Positions 28,407 to 42,401 of a stretch of 64,000 nt of DNA are shown here, piece after piece (the stretch's first letter is position 1; each line of letters opens with the position of its first letter). The notes under the pieces are model-generated. The model did no database searches, was not told the DNA's origin, and was given only the letters and a program-made list of their open reading frames with translations. The stretch is taken from the NCBI RefSeq assembly GCF_009914755.1, contig NC_060931.1; one strand, written 5' to 3'. The translations under genes and the position numbers were made by a program. Origin of the DNA: the human T2T-CHM13v2.0 reference genome, Homo sapiens.

Positions 28407-31400
28407 CCACTTTTTCAGGCTCTGATGAATATTTTAGACCTCTTAATAGAAATTTCAGCAGAGGGTGAGTGTCAAGAGAAGTTTATAGAGAGGTAGAAGT
28501 CATTCTTACATGCAATTTTAGGAAGTTTGGATCAGAAATATGAACCACGAATGATGAAATCGTCTCACCCTAAGTATTGAAACAAATGTAATAAAATAAT
28601 TTTGTTTTCCAGAAGCTGGAGAACTAACTACACTTTCATTTTATGGGTTTCTCAATTTCAATCTTTATTACTAGTAGAAAAGAAGAGAGAGTGAAAACAG
28701 AGGTTGGGGAAGAAAATAATTATTAATTTTTAAATAGAGATACCATGGATGAATTCTACATTATTTTTGGGAAAGACACTTAGAGGAGAAACTCGTAGCT
28801 ATAAAACTTTTACTTAGATGTTGATTGATATCCATGAACATGTGGCAGGAATATATTACCTTTCCAAATATGTATATTTCCAGATAAATTGTCAATTGTT
28901 TTAATGTCTTTTCTCTCAATTATTTCCCTAAGAGTATTTTGATTTTAATTTTCCTTTCTATGATGGAAATTTTAAATGTAAGATGATGAAATAAATTGAT
29001 AGATGTCTACAGCTCTCAGAATATGAACTGGTACTACAGTTGATGCCCCTGACTCAGGCTTCGTTAATCTAGAGTGTGTTGTAGAGTTGAGACTATTGAT
29101 AGTCACTGTTGAGACTATCCAGACTAAGGAAATTATGTGCAAAAGAATACCCTAGACTTAGATATAGAAGAGAGGAGATATAAAGAAGATGAGCATTTAC
29201 AGAATGAAACCATGATAAAACATATCGGCAAAGGCGAATTTTAGGATTGCACCATATTTGAGACACTGGGTCTAATAATTGGACTCAGATTATATGAAAA
29301 GTCAACCAAATCAAGACAGGAAATAGACAACAAGGTCTCAAAGAAGAAAGACTAATTGTCTTCTCAGGATATCTAAAACCATCTTTGAGATCTCACCCAC
29401 CCAGTGGCACTTGGGTTCTGGGTGTCCAAATGTTAGGATGATGGAAATACTTCTGCCCATGATGGATGCATTCAGCGTATACAACCAAGTGCTCAACCGC
29501 AGGTCAGATGCACCTTCCTCTAAATGAAATGAACATTTCTAATGACAGCCCAAGTCTGTAAAGGAAGGTGTCTGGTTTATTTAGAGCAGCATGAAAGAAA
29601 AACGTATGTTTTTTTGTGGGACTTAACCTTCATGTGCTCTGTTGAATACAGAGTATTCAGAGCTCTATTTGCCTCAGCTAAGATTGTAGAGGACTCCAAT
29701 AAGAAGGGCAAATAGGATTAAAACTCAGTGGAGTATTAGAATCATGGTGTACTCATTTTCTGGAGAGAAAGTTTTTGGCTTTTTAGTCCTTAGCTTTAGG
29801 GAATTATCACTATAATGAATAAGAGAATATTGGTAATATGCCCCGAAGCCTCAGTATGTCTCAGAATAAATTTACAAGGCTCTTACAAGGTTTTATTTAA
29901 CCATGCACTCTTTGAATTGATGTAAATATTGGAAAGGATTATATTCAGAAATATATTTTTGGAATGTGAGACATTGAGGAATGCTTTTCTGGCGTGCATA
30001 CCTCCTGAGTCTTTCCAAGTCAACACTTCCCTCTTCCTAATATGGAGGAAAAGGGAGAAGTTAATGTCTTAAGCCAGCCAGTCAATAGAGGTAGAAAATT
30101 ATGTTAGATACTTTAAAATGTATAATACACTGACTGGGGTAGGATAGCAAATCATGGAACTCAATGTTGCGAATGGAAAATATACCTAGGTGTCAAGCCC
30201 TGGACATTTGATTCCTTGCAAGAATAAATTGAATATATTTCAGTCTTGGTCCACAGAGTAGCAATGGAATTTAAATGCAATTAAAAATAATAAAACAAAA
30301 ATGTGAACAGCAGCACGTGAAGACATTTCCAGAGCCCCACAAATTATGATCCTGTCTGCGTGGCACCAACACAGTGATAAGTTCTGTCAATGCCTGATTG
30401 ATCTTTAACTATGGGTCTGGCTTCTCATCTTTTACTTGATGAACAGTGGCTCATGGTTCCTCCAACGTCTTCTCATTTCATTAAAGCAGCAATAGGGGGA
30501 GGATGTGGCAAAAGGCTGAAAAGGAACTTTAGGGGAGAAGTCATTGTTGCTTGGGGCTGTACCCTTTCTTCTCAGCATTCTGCAGAGCTGTAGGGAGCTG
30601 AGCATGGATGGCACCCCCATCTCGGAGATCAACTCTTCAGGGTTAAATAAAATTCTAACAGACTAGTTGGCGGAATGATTGCATAATTTCAAAATACCAG
30701 ATGTTTACAACAAATATTAACATATATCACTGCCTAAGAATTTACTATGAGTAAGATATTTAACTTCACTTAAGATCTTGCCTTTCCCTGTGTTCTTTTT
30801 AAGAAGGGGAGAGGAAAAGGCAATTTTAGAACAGGGGCCACATCTGCTGGAAGGCAGGCCTGAATATAGAGAGCTACAGAGACTTGCATGGAGCTTTTTG
30901 GCTCATAGATAAGGGGTTAGAATATAAATTCAGAGAAAGGAAGGCAGGAACGTCTATATAGCCCAATTTTATCTACCCCATCCAGATAAAGGCTAGTCCA
31001 GGTTTGAACATCTGCTAACATGGTTCTGTGAATTTTTCACTCTTCATCTTCTTCAGGTGACATATATTTTCAGTCAAAGATATTATAAGATGGTAGTCGA
31101 TTGAAACAATAAGAAAAAGAGTAATGGGTGAATTTACCGAGATAGGATAGGTTGAAAAAGAACATTTAATTTGTTGCAATTTAGATTTAATTTTTATAAT
31201 AAAGAAAATAGATTCCATGGAATCAATGAATTGATTTGCTTTACTAAAGAGAGATCTTGACTGATTGAAATTTAACTGTTAAATTAGAGTTTTTTTGTTA
31301 TGTAAAATGAACTGTGTGAGGAATCTAAACACTTATTTTTTTGTTCTTTCTTTGTCGTTGATAGAAGAATATTTCAGTCCTGATATTTGCTGTAACTAAT

Positions 31401-34400
31401 AATTACTGGATAAACAGAGAAGACACATGGAGGATATTTTACCTGGGTCCAACAAAAGTAATTTTGTTTTATTTATTTGTTTGACAAATAAAAATTGTAT
31501 ATATTTATGGCATAGATTTTAAGAAATCTTGTTACAAAAATAATATGTATGTGATGTGATGCATATATTAATTAGCTTAACTTAGCCATTCCAATAAAGG
31601 TAATATTTATCTAGAAAATTTTGAGCTTTGCTATTCATACCTCTTCTCTGATTTTTTTCCTGTAATTTTCAGGTTATTTACATCTAAAACTCCAGCTTTT
31701 ACTATTATGTGATGTAAAGGATCAGTGTAAGCTGTTATACCAGTTGATAATGTTTAGGTACTTTATATTATAAAAGTTTCATTTAGCATTATTGCATTTT
31801 TAAACATTTCACAAAAAAGGACAATGTGCAACATAAATGTAATACATTTCAGGAATTAGAGACAGGGCTTTAAAAAAGATAATCATTCACAGAATATTTC
31901 AATAGCACCTGTCTTACTATATCACACATTGTTTTCTATTTCTTATGGTCACAGTGATTATCCTACATTCACCCCAATTCATAAAACACAGGAAGCAGTA
32001 ATTCCTTTTTTCATTGTGATCCTGTTTATGGAGGTGAACCACAGGGTATGCCATTTTTCAGTACTGTGTTCTGAGCAGGCAGCGTGAATTGGTTATTTTC
32101 AATGGTCAAAAGAAAGCTCAGAACACATATAGAAAAAATTGATTTGATGTTTGTTGAGTATGAAGATGATATAACTCTAAGAATGTAAAATAGAATTTTA
32201 TTGCTTACTAAAGCAACATTAGATGCCTGGCAAAAAGGTAATGTTGTTGGTGTTGGACAAGTACTGTGAAGAGCACAAAAGTCACACTTGTACACCACAA
32301 AGAGCTAAATAGGACTATTAGCTGTGTTCATTGTCCAATACTGGTTTTGTAACTTGGCTGCATGCTTGTATTAAGAGGTTTTGGTAGTTGTGTTTGTACA
32401 GACAAATTGAAGAAATATTCTCACATTTTTTCCTTAGTTAGTTGACCTCAATGAATGTCACCGGTGTAGGGAAAGTATAGATTCCACAGATTAGAGCAGT
32501 AAAGATCAAGCTCTGGCTTCCTATAGAAGTGGTTGGATATGAAGCATGTTACCTGACACCTAGTCCATTCACCTTGATATAAGAATAGAAAGCCAGTTAT
32601 ATTTAGCTGGAAGGTGAGCCCAGAATAATATGGAGATGGTTTTAACTGAAGGTGCATTAAAATCATCTGGCTCATACATATTTCCTCCTTCAACTGGCTT
32701 TCCAAATGCAGATGATATTTACATTTTCTTTGTCTAACATCAGTCCATAAACATTCGAAACAAGATATATTTTTTGAATATTAATTATTTTGAAACCCAC
32801 AATAGCCATGGAAAAACACAGCATACTTGATGGGTTAACATATCAGTGAAAGATATTTAAGTATTAGCAGCCTATTTTAATAAAAGACTGCTGGAAAACA
32901 CAAGGCATGATAATAAATGCTATAGTTAATAAAATAAAGTTAGTCATAGAAGAAGAGCAGATTATGGATTGGATGAAAAGTATTCTGCCCAGGATAAACT
33001 TAAATCTTTACACACTTAGACATTATAGATCTTTTTGTGCTTAAAAAGGACATAAAAATTTGTATTTTATATAATTAACTTGGAGGTTAGAGTGTAGGAT
33101 TTTGGGAGTGAATGGAAGTTACATTAGGGAAATTTACAAGTAAGGTCTGGCAACTCTAGCAGATGGGAATAAAGAGGGAAAAGGTAAGTGTGGCTGAGAG
33201 TAAGGAGGAGATGGGGGAGATATATAATAAAGGAAGAGAATGTATTCTGTGGCATACAGAAGAAGAGGGAAAAATAAAAGATGATTCATTGAGAGAGTAG
33301 GAGAAATCTAATTCTGCCGATAGTAAAAAAGAACTCAGGAGGGAATTTCATTCGTGGATAGAGGAGTACAGGCATTGGTGAGATATTTAGGAAACATTCA
33401 TTCAGCTTTTCTGGAATACACTTGGAGCTTTGAAGAGAAATCTAGAAGGTAAATGTAAAATTGAGAGTGAGCCATATAGAGTTGATAGTAATTATTATAG
33501 CTAGAAATAAAAAGACTTCCAAGAAAAACTGTAGAAGTTGAGTACAAGTTCTGAGCACAGAACTTTAGCAAATGCTCATACAGCAGAGCAGGAGAAGGAG
33601 GAAGGTTAAGAATGGTGACAAGGCAAATTCGATTGGAGGAAAATCAGGACAGAAGTCCATGACAGAGTTGAGAGTTTGAAGGAACAAATAGGTAACATTG
33701 TTAAAAGCTAAGTAAAGAATGCAAATAGAATAAAAATATCTCTGGAACTGATGATGGCAGGTTATCAGTAACCTTTAAGTTTTCAAATTCTAAAGATTAG
33801 TGAGGGTAGAAATGTTTACAGTCTCAGGAATAAATATTAGGAAATAAATCCAGACAATGGATTCCAATCATTAGAGATGTGAAATGAAGGGGTATTTAGA
33901 ATGCTATATACACAGTAAAGCTTCCTAAATTGAGATGCCTGTATATTTTCTTTTATAATGAGGGAGAAGGAGTTACTCAGGAACAAGAGGAACCTGAGGA
34001 TAGTAGAGAGGGAGAGTAAATGAAGAAAGAATATTCTGAAAGAGAGCATGAAGTCAAGACTAAGGATCATCAGTAAACAATGGACACCTGCCTGTTTCGG
34101 CACTTCTGTAGCTTTAGTCCTTCAATTCCTTTAATTTCATCAAGGACCCTTCAGCTGGCCAATATCAGGCACATTTCACACATGAAGAAAATGAGGCTTA
34201 GAGAAGCTAAGTATCTTGCTCCAAGTCTCAGGAAGCAGAACAAACACATGTGTATCTAAAACAGGAGCTGTTAGACTCTGAAGTTCACACTTTCTCTGAG
34301 ATGAGACACTGTCACTCATTTGTAATGTGACAAGGACTTAGTGGAGAGACATGTTGGGTGGCTGAGAGGAGCACAGTGAGTCATGGGCTTGCAGGGTCTC

Positions 34401-35306
34401 CAGTGCGGCAGAGGAGCAAATGATACGGTGAAGATCACTGTGTCTTTTCCCTCATGATAGGTCAGCTCTCCGTGAAAATTAAGGGTAATATTCACCCTAA
34501 AAATCCATCATCTAACAACGATGACACTTTATAGGTGTTTGCCAAGTTAATGGAAAAATGTCTAATTCAGATGCAAATCTGGAATCTAGTCAACAATAGT
34601 TGACAGGTTTTCTTTTAGTGAAATGTTTTTGAGGTTTTAGAATTTGAATTTGAATGTCTCTTTGAGGAAATCAAACGTATTCTCAGCCTCATTATGATTT
34701 TAGAAAAGCACCCTGAGGGGTGCTGGTGGGAGCATCAGGACAGAGCAGTAAAGGAGGAAATGTTGGAGAAGGAAGGTCTTGAGGAGGACATTAGGGAGAG
34801 TTTAGAAAAAATGGTTGTGAACTATGAAAGGGATGAGTATTTCTGGAACTACATGTTTTGCTTAATCCTTTATCACATAAGAGAGTTGAAGTATTGACAG
34901 TCTTTCCCTTGCGAGTAAGAGACCCTAGTCTGTCTGGACCTGTTTCTGTCCTTAATGCCTCCTGCCTCATTTGTTTCCTACTTTCCCTTATTGTGAACAC
35001 TGCAATAAAAAGAACGCTTATGAAGAGGCAGACATGGAATAAGAAGGAATTGGTTCTATTTTTTTTTTACAATGTAATTTGTTTTTATTTATGTTCAAAA
35101 TTGATGCTATAACATTAGTTTTACTGACAAAGCACTTGCTGAGCAAAAGTAAGAAGGGAATCTCCATTCCAATGTACATTCAAGTGAATTCATATCTCCT
35201 TCTCTGTCTTGGACAATGAAGAAGGGTACTTAGACATCTGCTTTCTCTTCCTCCCTTGTATCTAAAAAGCCTAAGCATTCATATGCATGTTTATTTTCTT
35301 TGGCAG

Positions 35307-35462
35307 CCATAGCAACAGCAGCAAGTTGAAAAGAGCAAAAAAAAAAAAAAGAGAGAGACCGAAGTACAATTACAATCCCATCCCACAAAAAGGTCAAGGG
35401 CTACCTGAAAGACCGGTGGCCCCAGGATCCTCAAAGCATCCAAACCATCCCTATACTCTCAG
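35307..35462 (+). other. Candidate internal 5'UTR exon of OR2F1
   Basis: Acceptor ttattttctttggCAG (35306) and donor CAG|GTATGT (35463), about 840 nt upstream of the coding-exon acceptor. Confidence 0.45.
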
Positions 35463-36271
35463 GTATGTTACAGATTGTCTCCAATTTTATTTGTATCTGA
35501 ATTTGTGGAGAGGATGCAGGGAAAATCGTGTTTGTTGGCTTACCTGTCCCAACACAGAGATCATGTTACTACTAAAATCCATGATTCTAGAGTTGTATTA
35601 CCAGTAACAGTTCAAAAAGTACTTTCCCCATATGTTATTGATAGTAATTATTATAGCTAGAAATAAAAAGACTTCCAAGAAAAACTGATGTTAAATGAAC
35701 ATCAGTTCAAAGAAACTTTGATGTTAAATATACTCGTGAGTTATGTAATAATGTCCTCTTGTATATATAATGTTTATCAATAAACCAACATCATGAATCT
35801 GCCTAATAAAATAAGGTTTAAACGTAGGTTTCCAGTTCCAGATTTTTCCTCCAGGCCTTGCTTCTTCCAAATCTTTCCTTTTGTAGTAGATTTACACATT
35901 TCATCAAGATGAGTCTAGTTGACATGTTTAAGGTAATTTGTTAACTTTCCAACCATATTCTTCTTCACTGCTTATCATTTTACCGCTGGTTGTCATTTGC
36001 AATTTTCTCCTTGCCCTGGAATCTGAAGTAAGTTGGTGAAGATGTAGAATTCCTAATGTTGCAATGCATTATTTCCAGGATTTAACTGGCTTCCCTGATA
36101 TCAAATTGTGTCTTGTAAAGGCCATAGTTTGTCTCTCTGATGCAAAGTAAATATAATGCATGTTGGGTCAAGACTCTCATTTTGGCCAATAAATGATCTA
36201 AAATACCTGCCTAGGGCTGGCTGGCATGTACAGAATGCATTCAAACAAGTAATTCTTATAGTTATTCAACA

Positions 36272-36301
36272 GCTTCTGTTTTTTTCTGACTCCCTTCACA
36301 G
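36272..36301 (+). promoter_or_regulatory. Splice acceptor for the OR2F1 coding exon
   Basis: cttctgtttttttctgactcccttcaCAG ending at 36301, 23 nt before the ATG; same spacing as in OR2F2. Confidence 0.75.
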
Positions 36302-36324
36302 ATTAATAATCCTTGAATATTTTA

Positions 36325-37278
36325 ATGGGAACAGATAACCAGACTTGGGTGAGTGAATTTATTCTCCTCGGCCTGTCCAGTGACTGGGACACTCGGGTCT
36401 CCCTGTTTGTCCTGTTCTTGGTCATGTATGTGGTGACCGTGCTGGGGAACTGTCTCATTGTCCTTCTGATCAGACTGGACAGCCGACTCCACACTCCCAT
36501 GTATTTCTTTCTCACCAACCTCTCCCTTGTCGATGTCTCCTATGCCACAAGTGTAGTCCCTCAGCTGCTGGCACATTTTCTTGCAGAACATAAAGCCATC
36601 CCATTCCAGAGCTGTGCAGCCCAGTTATTTTTCTCCCTGGCCTTGGGTGGGATTGAGTTTGTTCTCCTGGCGGTGATGGCCTATGACCGCTATGTGGCTG
36701 TGTGTGATGCCCTGCGATACTCGGCCATCATGCATGGAGGGCTGTGTGCTAGGTTGGCCATCACATCCTGGGTCAGTGGCTTCATCAGCTCTCCTGTGCA
36801 GACTGCTATCACCTTTCAGCTGCCCATGTGCAGAAACAAGTTTATTGATCACATATCCTGTGAACTCCTAGCTGTGGTCAGGCTGGCTTGTGTGGACACC
36901 TCCTCCAATGAGGTCACCATCATGGTGTCTAGCATTGTTCTTCTGATGACACCCTTCTGCCTGGTTCTTTTGTCCTACATCCAGATCATCTCCACCATCC
37001 TAAAGATCCAGTCCAGAGAAGGAAGAAAGAAAGCTTTCCACACGTGTGCCTCTCACCTCACAGTGGTTGCCCTGTGCTATGGTGTGGCCATTTTCACTTA
37101 CATCCAGCCCCACTCCAGTCCCTCTGTCCTTCAGGAGAAGTTGTTCTCTGTCTTTTATGCCATTTTAACACCAATGCTGAACCCCATGATTTACAGCCTA
37201 AGGAATAAAGAGGTGAAGGGGGCCTGGCAGAAACTATTATGGAAATTCTCTGGGTTAACATCAAAGCTGGCAACTTGA
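36325..37278 (+). CDS. OR2F1: Olfactory receptor family 2 subfamily F member 1 (317 aa)
   Basis: ORF from ATG at 36325 (MGTDNQTWVSEF...) to TGA at 37278 with all OR motifs (LHTPMYFFL, MAYDRYVAVC, KAFHTCASHL, PMLNPMIYSLRN). The ORF-track start at 36313 is a TTG; the ATG at 36325 is homologous to the OR2F2 ATG. Confidence 0.95.
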   Translation: MGTDNQTWVSEFILLGLSSDWDTRVSLFVLFLVMYVVTVLGNCLIVLLIRLDSRLHTPMYFFLTNLSLVDVSYATSVVPQLLAHFLAEHKAIPFQSCAAQLFFSLALGGIEFVLLAVMAYDRYVAVCDALRYSAIMHGGLCARLAITSWVSGFISSPVQTAITFQLPMCRNKFIDHISCELLAVVRLACVDTSSNEVTIMVSSIVLLMTPFCLVLLSYIQIISTILKIQSREGRKKAFHTCASHLTVVALCYGVAIFTYIQPHSSPSVLQEKLFSVFYAILTPMLNPMIYSLRNKEVKGAWQKLLWKFSGLTSKLAT

Positions 37279-39808
37279 CTCATGAGTATGACTTAGAGAA
37301 AACAGCTTTGCCTCAGTGTTCTCCACCCAGCTGAGATCTGACAGGTGTAAACTACATTGCCCTGGCAACCAGGAAGGAGATGACGTAGCATGTACTGTGG
37401 ATGTTATGGAGGAGGGGGAGTGGTTCAATTGGATGGGGTGTGGGACGTGGGGTTATATTTATGAACAGTGGAGTTAGATACTGCTGTTATAAAACCTCCC
37501 ACACTTCTTCCACCTCCACTCTTACAGCCTGACAATCGTTGAAAAAAAATTACTACTTACTGTTTTGATTTGTCATATCGTTTGTAATGATAGACCTACT
37601 CATGGATCTTACCTTGGACCACTGGTACTTACACATCCACATTTTATAAAAGGTTATGGGGCTTCCATTGAAAACAAAATGCATTTTTACATTTGAAGAC
37701 TCACTTTAAATAATTTGTAGTGTATGTCATCACATGCAGTAATTGTGTGAGTCAACATTCTGAGAAAAGTGTTATTGTCAAGGCTGACTAAAATGTTTTT
37801 GTGCAGGACCTACAAAAGGTGAACATAATGTCTTCTCCTGAGTGCTGGAGCTAATTCAGTGAAAAAATATCAACTCAAGGTCTTGTTTCACCTCGATAGG
37901 GTGACAGTCAATGGTTGTTTGTACTGAAGACAATTATTGACCAAGAAAAGTTAAGCTTCAGGTGCTTCTTGACAGTATTCAAACAGTTTGAGAAGGATTT
38001 TACTGCATATATAGGTATATCGTTGAAAATATTAAAAATGATCAATCTCTGAAAAATCTGTAAGCTCTTTCTCAGAATCTTCAGAAACACACAAAAAAGC
38101 ACACAAATTATGAGATACTGTGAAAAATGTCAAAGACATAGTTAATTTAAGGAAAAACTCTTCAGCCAAAGTCAATGAAGGGTAAGATAATTTAATATGA
38201 AGTTTGGAACGTCAAGGAAGGTCAGTCAACTATGCAAATGTTACCCTCAAGTCTTCACATTGAGAACTTCTCTTGCCACCTCCGTCTTCGTCACCTTCAC
38301 ACACACAACAGAGCCATAGGTGAATTTTTGTAAATCTTGTAACCTGGGCTTGTCTGAGAATGGACTTCCCTTTGAAAAGGAGCATAACTGATGTAAAAGG
38401 AGAAGACATAATTGAAAAAGTGGAAAGAAAAGAAAGAATATGATCATAGCTGCTCTTCCTACTCCCTTGAAGGAGTCAGTCTTTTCTTCCTTTTGTGTCT
38501 TCTTTAAGTCAGTTGATTTGCAGTTCTTACATTTGTCAACACATCATCATAGAATCTAAGAGTTTTTACAGTGTTGAAGGCATATAACTCAAAGCCCATT
38601 TGACATCTGAATTTTATATTAATAGTAATGCAATCTTAAATTTTGCAAGATAGGCAGGCATCCTAAAAGATGACAATGCTGGCAAATTAAATTTTTATTT
38701 TAAGTATTATCAGTGGAGTATCTATTCTGTGTCAGTGTCAATAAATGGTTGTTGCACACAATAGTCAATATGATACCATCATAACAAGGATAATCTCACA
38801 TAGTAGGGAGGACAGATGATGAAACAATGATAATGCATTGTGGTAAGTGTTACAGTGAAGGGGAGCCCACTGGAAATGATTGCAGAAGGCTTCCTATAAA
38901 AGGACCCTTGGATTGAGACCAGAAATGTAAGAACAAGTTATCCAGAAGACAAGAAACCCAAAAAAGAAACAACCTGTACAAAGTTGTAGAGATGTGAGCA
39001 AGCATGAAAGTCCAAAAAATGTTGGAAGTTCAATTTCAGGGCAGAGAAGAGTGAGAGAGTAGTGAGGACGAAGCAGACGGGTTAGACACGGTCAGATCCT
39101 GGAAGGCGTCGAATGTCTAAGTATCTTTTAACTTTATTCTAATAGAAAACAATAGTCCGTCAAAAATTTTTAGAAGGAGTATAGATTGAAAACAATTACA
39201 TTTTAAAAGTATCACTCTGGCAAATGAGATAGTGGAAGAAAAGATTAGAGGCAAGATGACCAGCCTGTCTGCTGGGTCTGCTTCAGTAATACTCTTGAGA
39301 CATTCGAGACATCTGAATTAAGTTAGATGCAATTGGAAGGAGACAAGTAAAGTGGTGTCATTTAAAAGTGATGTCAGCTAAAACACTTCATCTCCCAGAT
39401 TGGAAATGCCATCTGAATATCATTCCTCTTCTAAAATGTGAGGATGCTGTCTGAACATTCTGTAAATTGTGTAGTAAACTGGAAAATTCACCATCGTGAA
39501 CATGCTCTATATGAAATGGTATGGGAAAGAGATAAGAAGAAAGTAATCAAAAATACAAACATACACATAATACATCAAGGAGGAAAATACGTGAAGATGC
39601 TATATCTTCATTTCTGCCAGCGGTCGTGTGGTCACGGTGTTCGTGACATTTCTCCATCAACCATCACACAATCCTTTGCCTTCAAACAACTCCTAAGCAT
39701 GTTGGGGTTCTTCCTGGAAGGGTTATCCAAGTCTTGATATCTCAGGAAGCAGAAATGCTGAGAGTGGGCATTAGGTATGTAGAAATAGACTACTATAGTC
39801 TCATATTC

Positions 39809-40363
39809 TGTATTAGTCAGGTTTCTTTAGAGAGACAAGACTAATAGGATAGATGAATATATGAAAAGGAGTTTATTAAGGAGTATTGACTCACACGATC
39901 AAAAGGTAAAGTACCACAATAGGCCTTCTGTAAGCTGAGGAGCACAGAAGCCAGTTGGAGTTCCAAAACCTCAAAAGTAGGGAAGCCAACAGTGCAGCCC
40001 TCAGTCTGTGGCCAAAGGCCCGAGAGCCCCTGGTCAACCACTGGTGTAGGTCCAAGAGTCCGAAAGCTGAAGAAATTGGAGTGGAGTCTGATGTTTAAGG
40101 TCAGGAAGCATCCAGCACAGGAGAAAGATAGAGGCCAGAAGACTCAGGCAATCTAGTCCTTCCATGTTCCTCTGCCTGCTTTTATCCTAGCCATGCTGGC
40201 AGCTGATTAGATGGTGCCTACCCAGATTGAGGATGGGCCTGCCTCTCCTAGTCCACTGACTCAGATGTTAATCTCCTTTGGCATCACCTCCATAGACACA
40301 CCCAGGAACAATACTTTGTAACCTTCAATCCAATCAAGTTGATGGTCAATATTAACCATCATA
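39809..40363 (-). mobile_element. MLT2A-like ERVL solo LTR
   Basis: tgtattagtcagg...ccttcaatccaatcaagttg...attaaccatcata; TSD TATTC on both sides. Confidence 0.88.
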
Positions 40364-41139
40364 TATTCCATCTATTAAATTTCAATTTTTATCTTTTTTA
40401 TTTGATAGAGTTTTTAATTTCAAGGCTGCACTTTCTCGGTAACTTTAATCTTCATAAATTAAATTAGTTGGATCACCTTAAGACTACACACACTTCTAAT
40501 TCATAGCTGCTTGTGAAGGACATTCCCAATAGAAGGCATGAACATTGTCTTGATACAGGAATACAAAATAAGATGCTATTCTAAACTTTATTGTTTATTT
40601 AGCCATTAAATAGAAAAAATTTAAAAAGACACTGAAAAGTATTTGAAAATAAAATATTTTTCATTAGTTAATAACCATAAAAACACCACTGAAGGTTTTC
40701 CTTAAAAATCTAATACATATAAAAATTACAGTTTGTTCAAATAAGAATCTAAATAAGACCCATATATTCCAATTGTCTACTATGCCTCTGAGAATTCTTT
40801 TACTCTATCAATTAATAAATTTATAGTAAATTAGTAACCTATAAATTCTACTTTTTTACTGTTGGAATTATTTTTTAAATAAAACTGTATCATTTGTTCC
40901 TGTTGGATTTCTCATACAGTCTAGATTTTTTGATGACATCCCTATAGTGTAATTTTACATGTTATTTTATTTCTGTATCTCCTGTTTAATCCAGAGGTTT
41001 CATCAGGTTTATTTTTTTTTATGACAATGGTATTTCATAGATGGTCACATGTACTTCTAGCAAGAAGCACACAATGTTTGTAGCAAGAAACACAATGTTC
41101 CTTTTTTTCTGGGGATTATTACAACTATTATATTGCATA

Positions 41140-41316
41140 GGTCAGGAGTTTTCAAAAGTGCCAAATATCTATTGACATTTTGGGCTGAATAATTATTTGT
41201 TATGGGGGCTATTTTGTGCATGGTCAACATTCCTAACATCTACCTACTAGATGGCCCTAGTACTCCCTCCCAACTAGGCAATGCCAATATTGCCCCTGAT
41301 AGAGAAGTACTGACCT
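41140..41316. mobile_element. MER20-like hAT-Charlie DNA transposon
   Basis: tattgacattttgggctgaataatt...ctacctactagatg motifs. Confidence 0.65.
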
Positions 41317-41659
41317 AGCTCTATTAATTTTTTAGGGGTTTCAAGGTGGTGAGAGTCTATCATCCTTTTCTCTTTATTATCTAAAATACATTTATAGAGA
41401 GAAACTTCCACCTCATCACTCTTTCATCCTCCTGAGGTATAGTTGGTATGAGAAAGGCAGAATAAATTTTTTAATTTTTCCCCTTTCGTTGCCACTTTTT
41501 AATACAACAAATGAGGTGAGGTTTTTTTCATTATAGTTATGAACTCACTGATGTGCATTTATTTGATGTGTCTTAATCCACAGCAGTTATTGTCTTTATT
41601 GATGTTCAAACTGTCCCATATTTGGTGAACGTGAGCCTATTTTAGTTTCTTCTTCCTGT

Positions 41660-42220
41660 TGTAAAAGTAGGAATTCCACAAGTTCCACCTTATCTTACAA
41701 AGTCCCACAAACTTTGTGACTCAAAACATTACAAAATTATTATCTTAACATTACAAAGGTCAGAGTCTGATACGGGTTCTACTAGGGCAAAATCAAGCTG
41801 TTGACAGAGCTGCGTTTCTCCCTGGAGACTCTGGGGAACATTCCATTTCTTGCTTTCTGCTTTCTGAGGTGACTTCCACTCCTTGGTTCCTGGCTCCTCC
41901 TTCCACAAGGCCAACAGCACAGCAAACCTTTCTGTGACTCTGATCCTCCACTCCATTCTGTCCTCCATATGATGACAGAGAAATGATCCTCTGTCATCAC
42001 ATATCTTTCTTCTGACCCTGATCCTCTTGCCTTGTTCTTTACAAGAAACTTGTGATTACATTAGGGCCACCCAGATGGTCCAGGACAATACCCCCATTTA
42101 AAAATCCTTCATTTAAATGCATCTGCAAGGCCCTTTTGTCATGTACAATAGCATATTCACAGGATATTCCATATTCACAGGATATTCCATATTCACACAG
42201 GAACCTTAGTGTGCTACTAT
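41660..42220 (-). mobile_element. MLT1-family MaLR LTR, with an 18-bp tandem repeat (CATATTCACAGGATATTC) at 42152-42198
   Basis: gtcagagtctga...aaaatcaagctgttg...tgattacattagggccacc...catctgcaag motifs. Confidence 0.75.
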
Positions 42221-42401
42221 TTGCTACCCCTCATTTTTGTACTTTTATTTTCAAAGATTTTACATTAACATAAGCTATGAATACAAATAATTGCTATGCT
42301 CTTTCAGCTTTTGCTGTGCAGAAGCTCTTTAGTTTAATTAGGTCAATTATCCTGTAGTCTGTTAAATATTTAAAAGTGAATTTTTTTTTTACTTTGTTAT
42401 T

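Noticed and set aside
36313-36324. N-terminal extension MNIL of OR2F1 in the ORF track
   Set aside because: It starts at TTG; the ATG at 36325 aligns with the OR2F2 start and gives the same 317-aa length.
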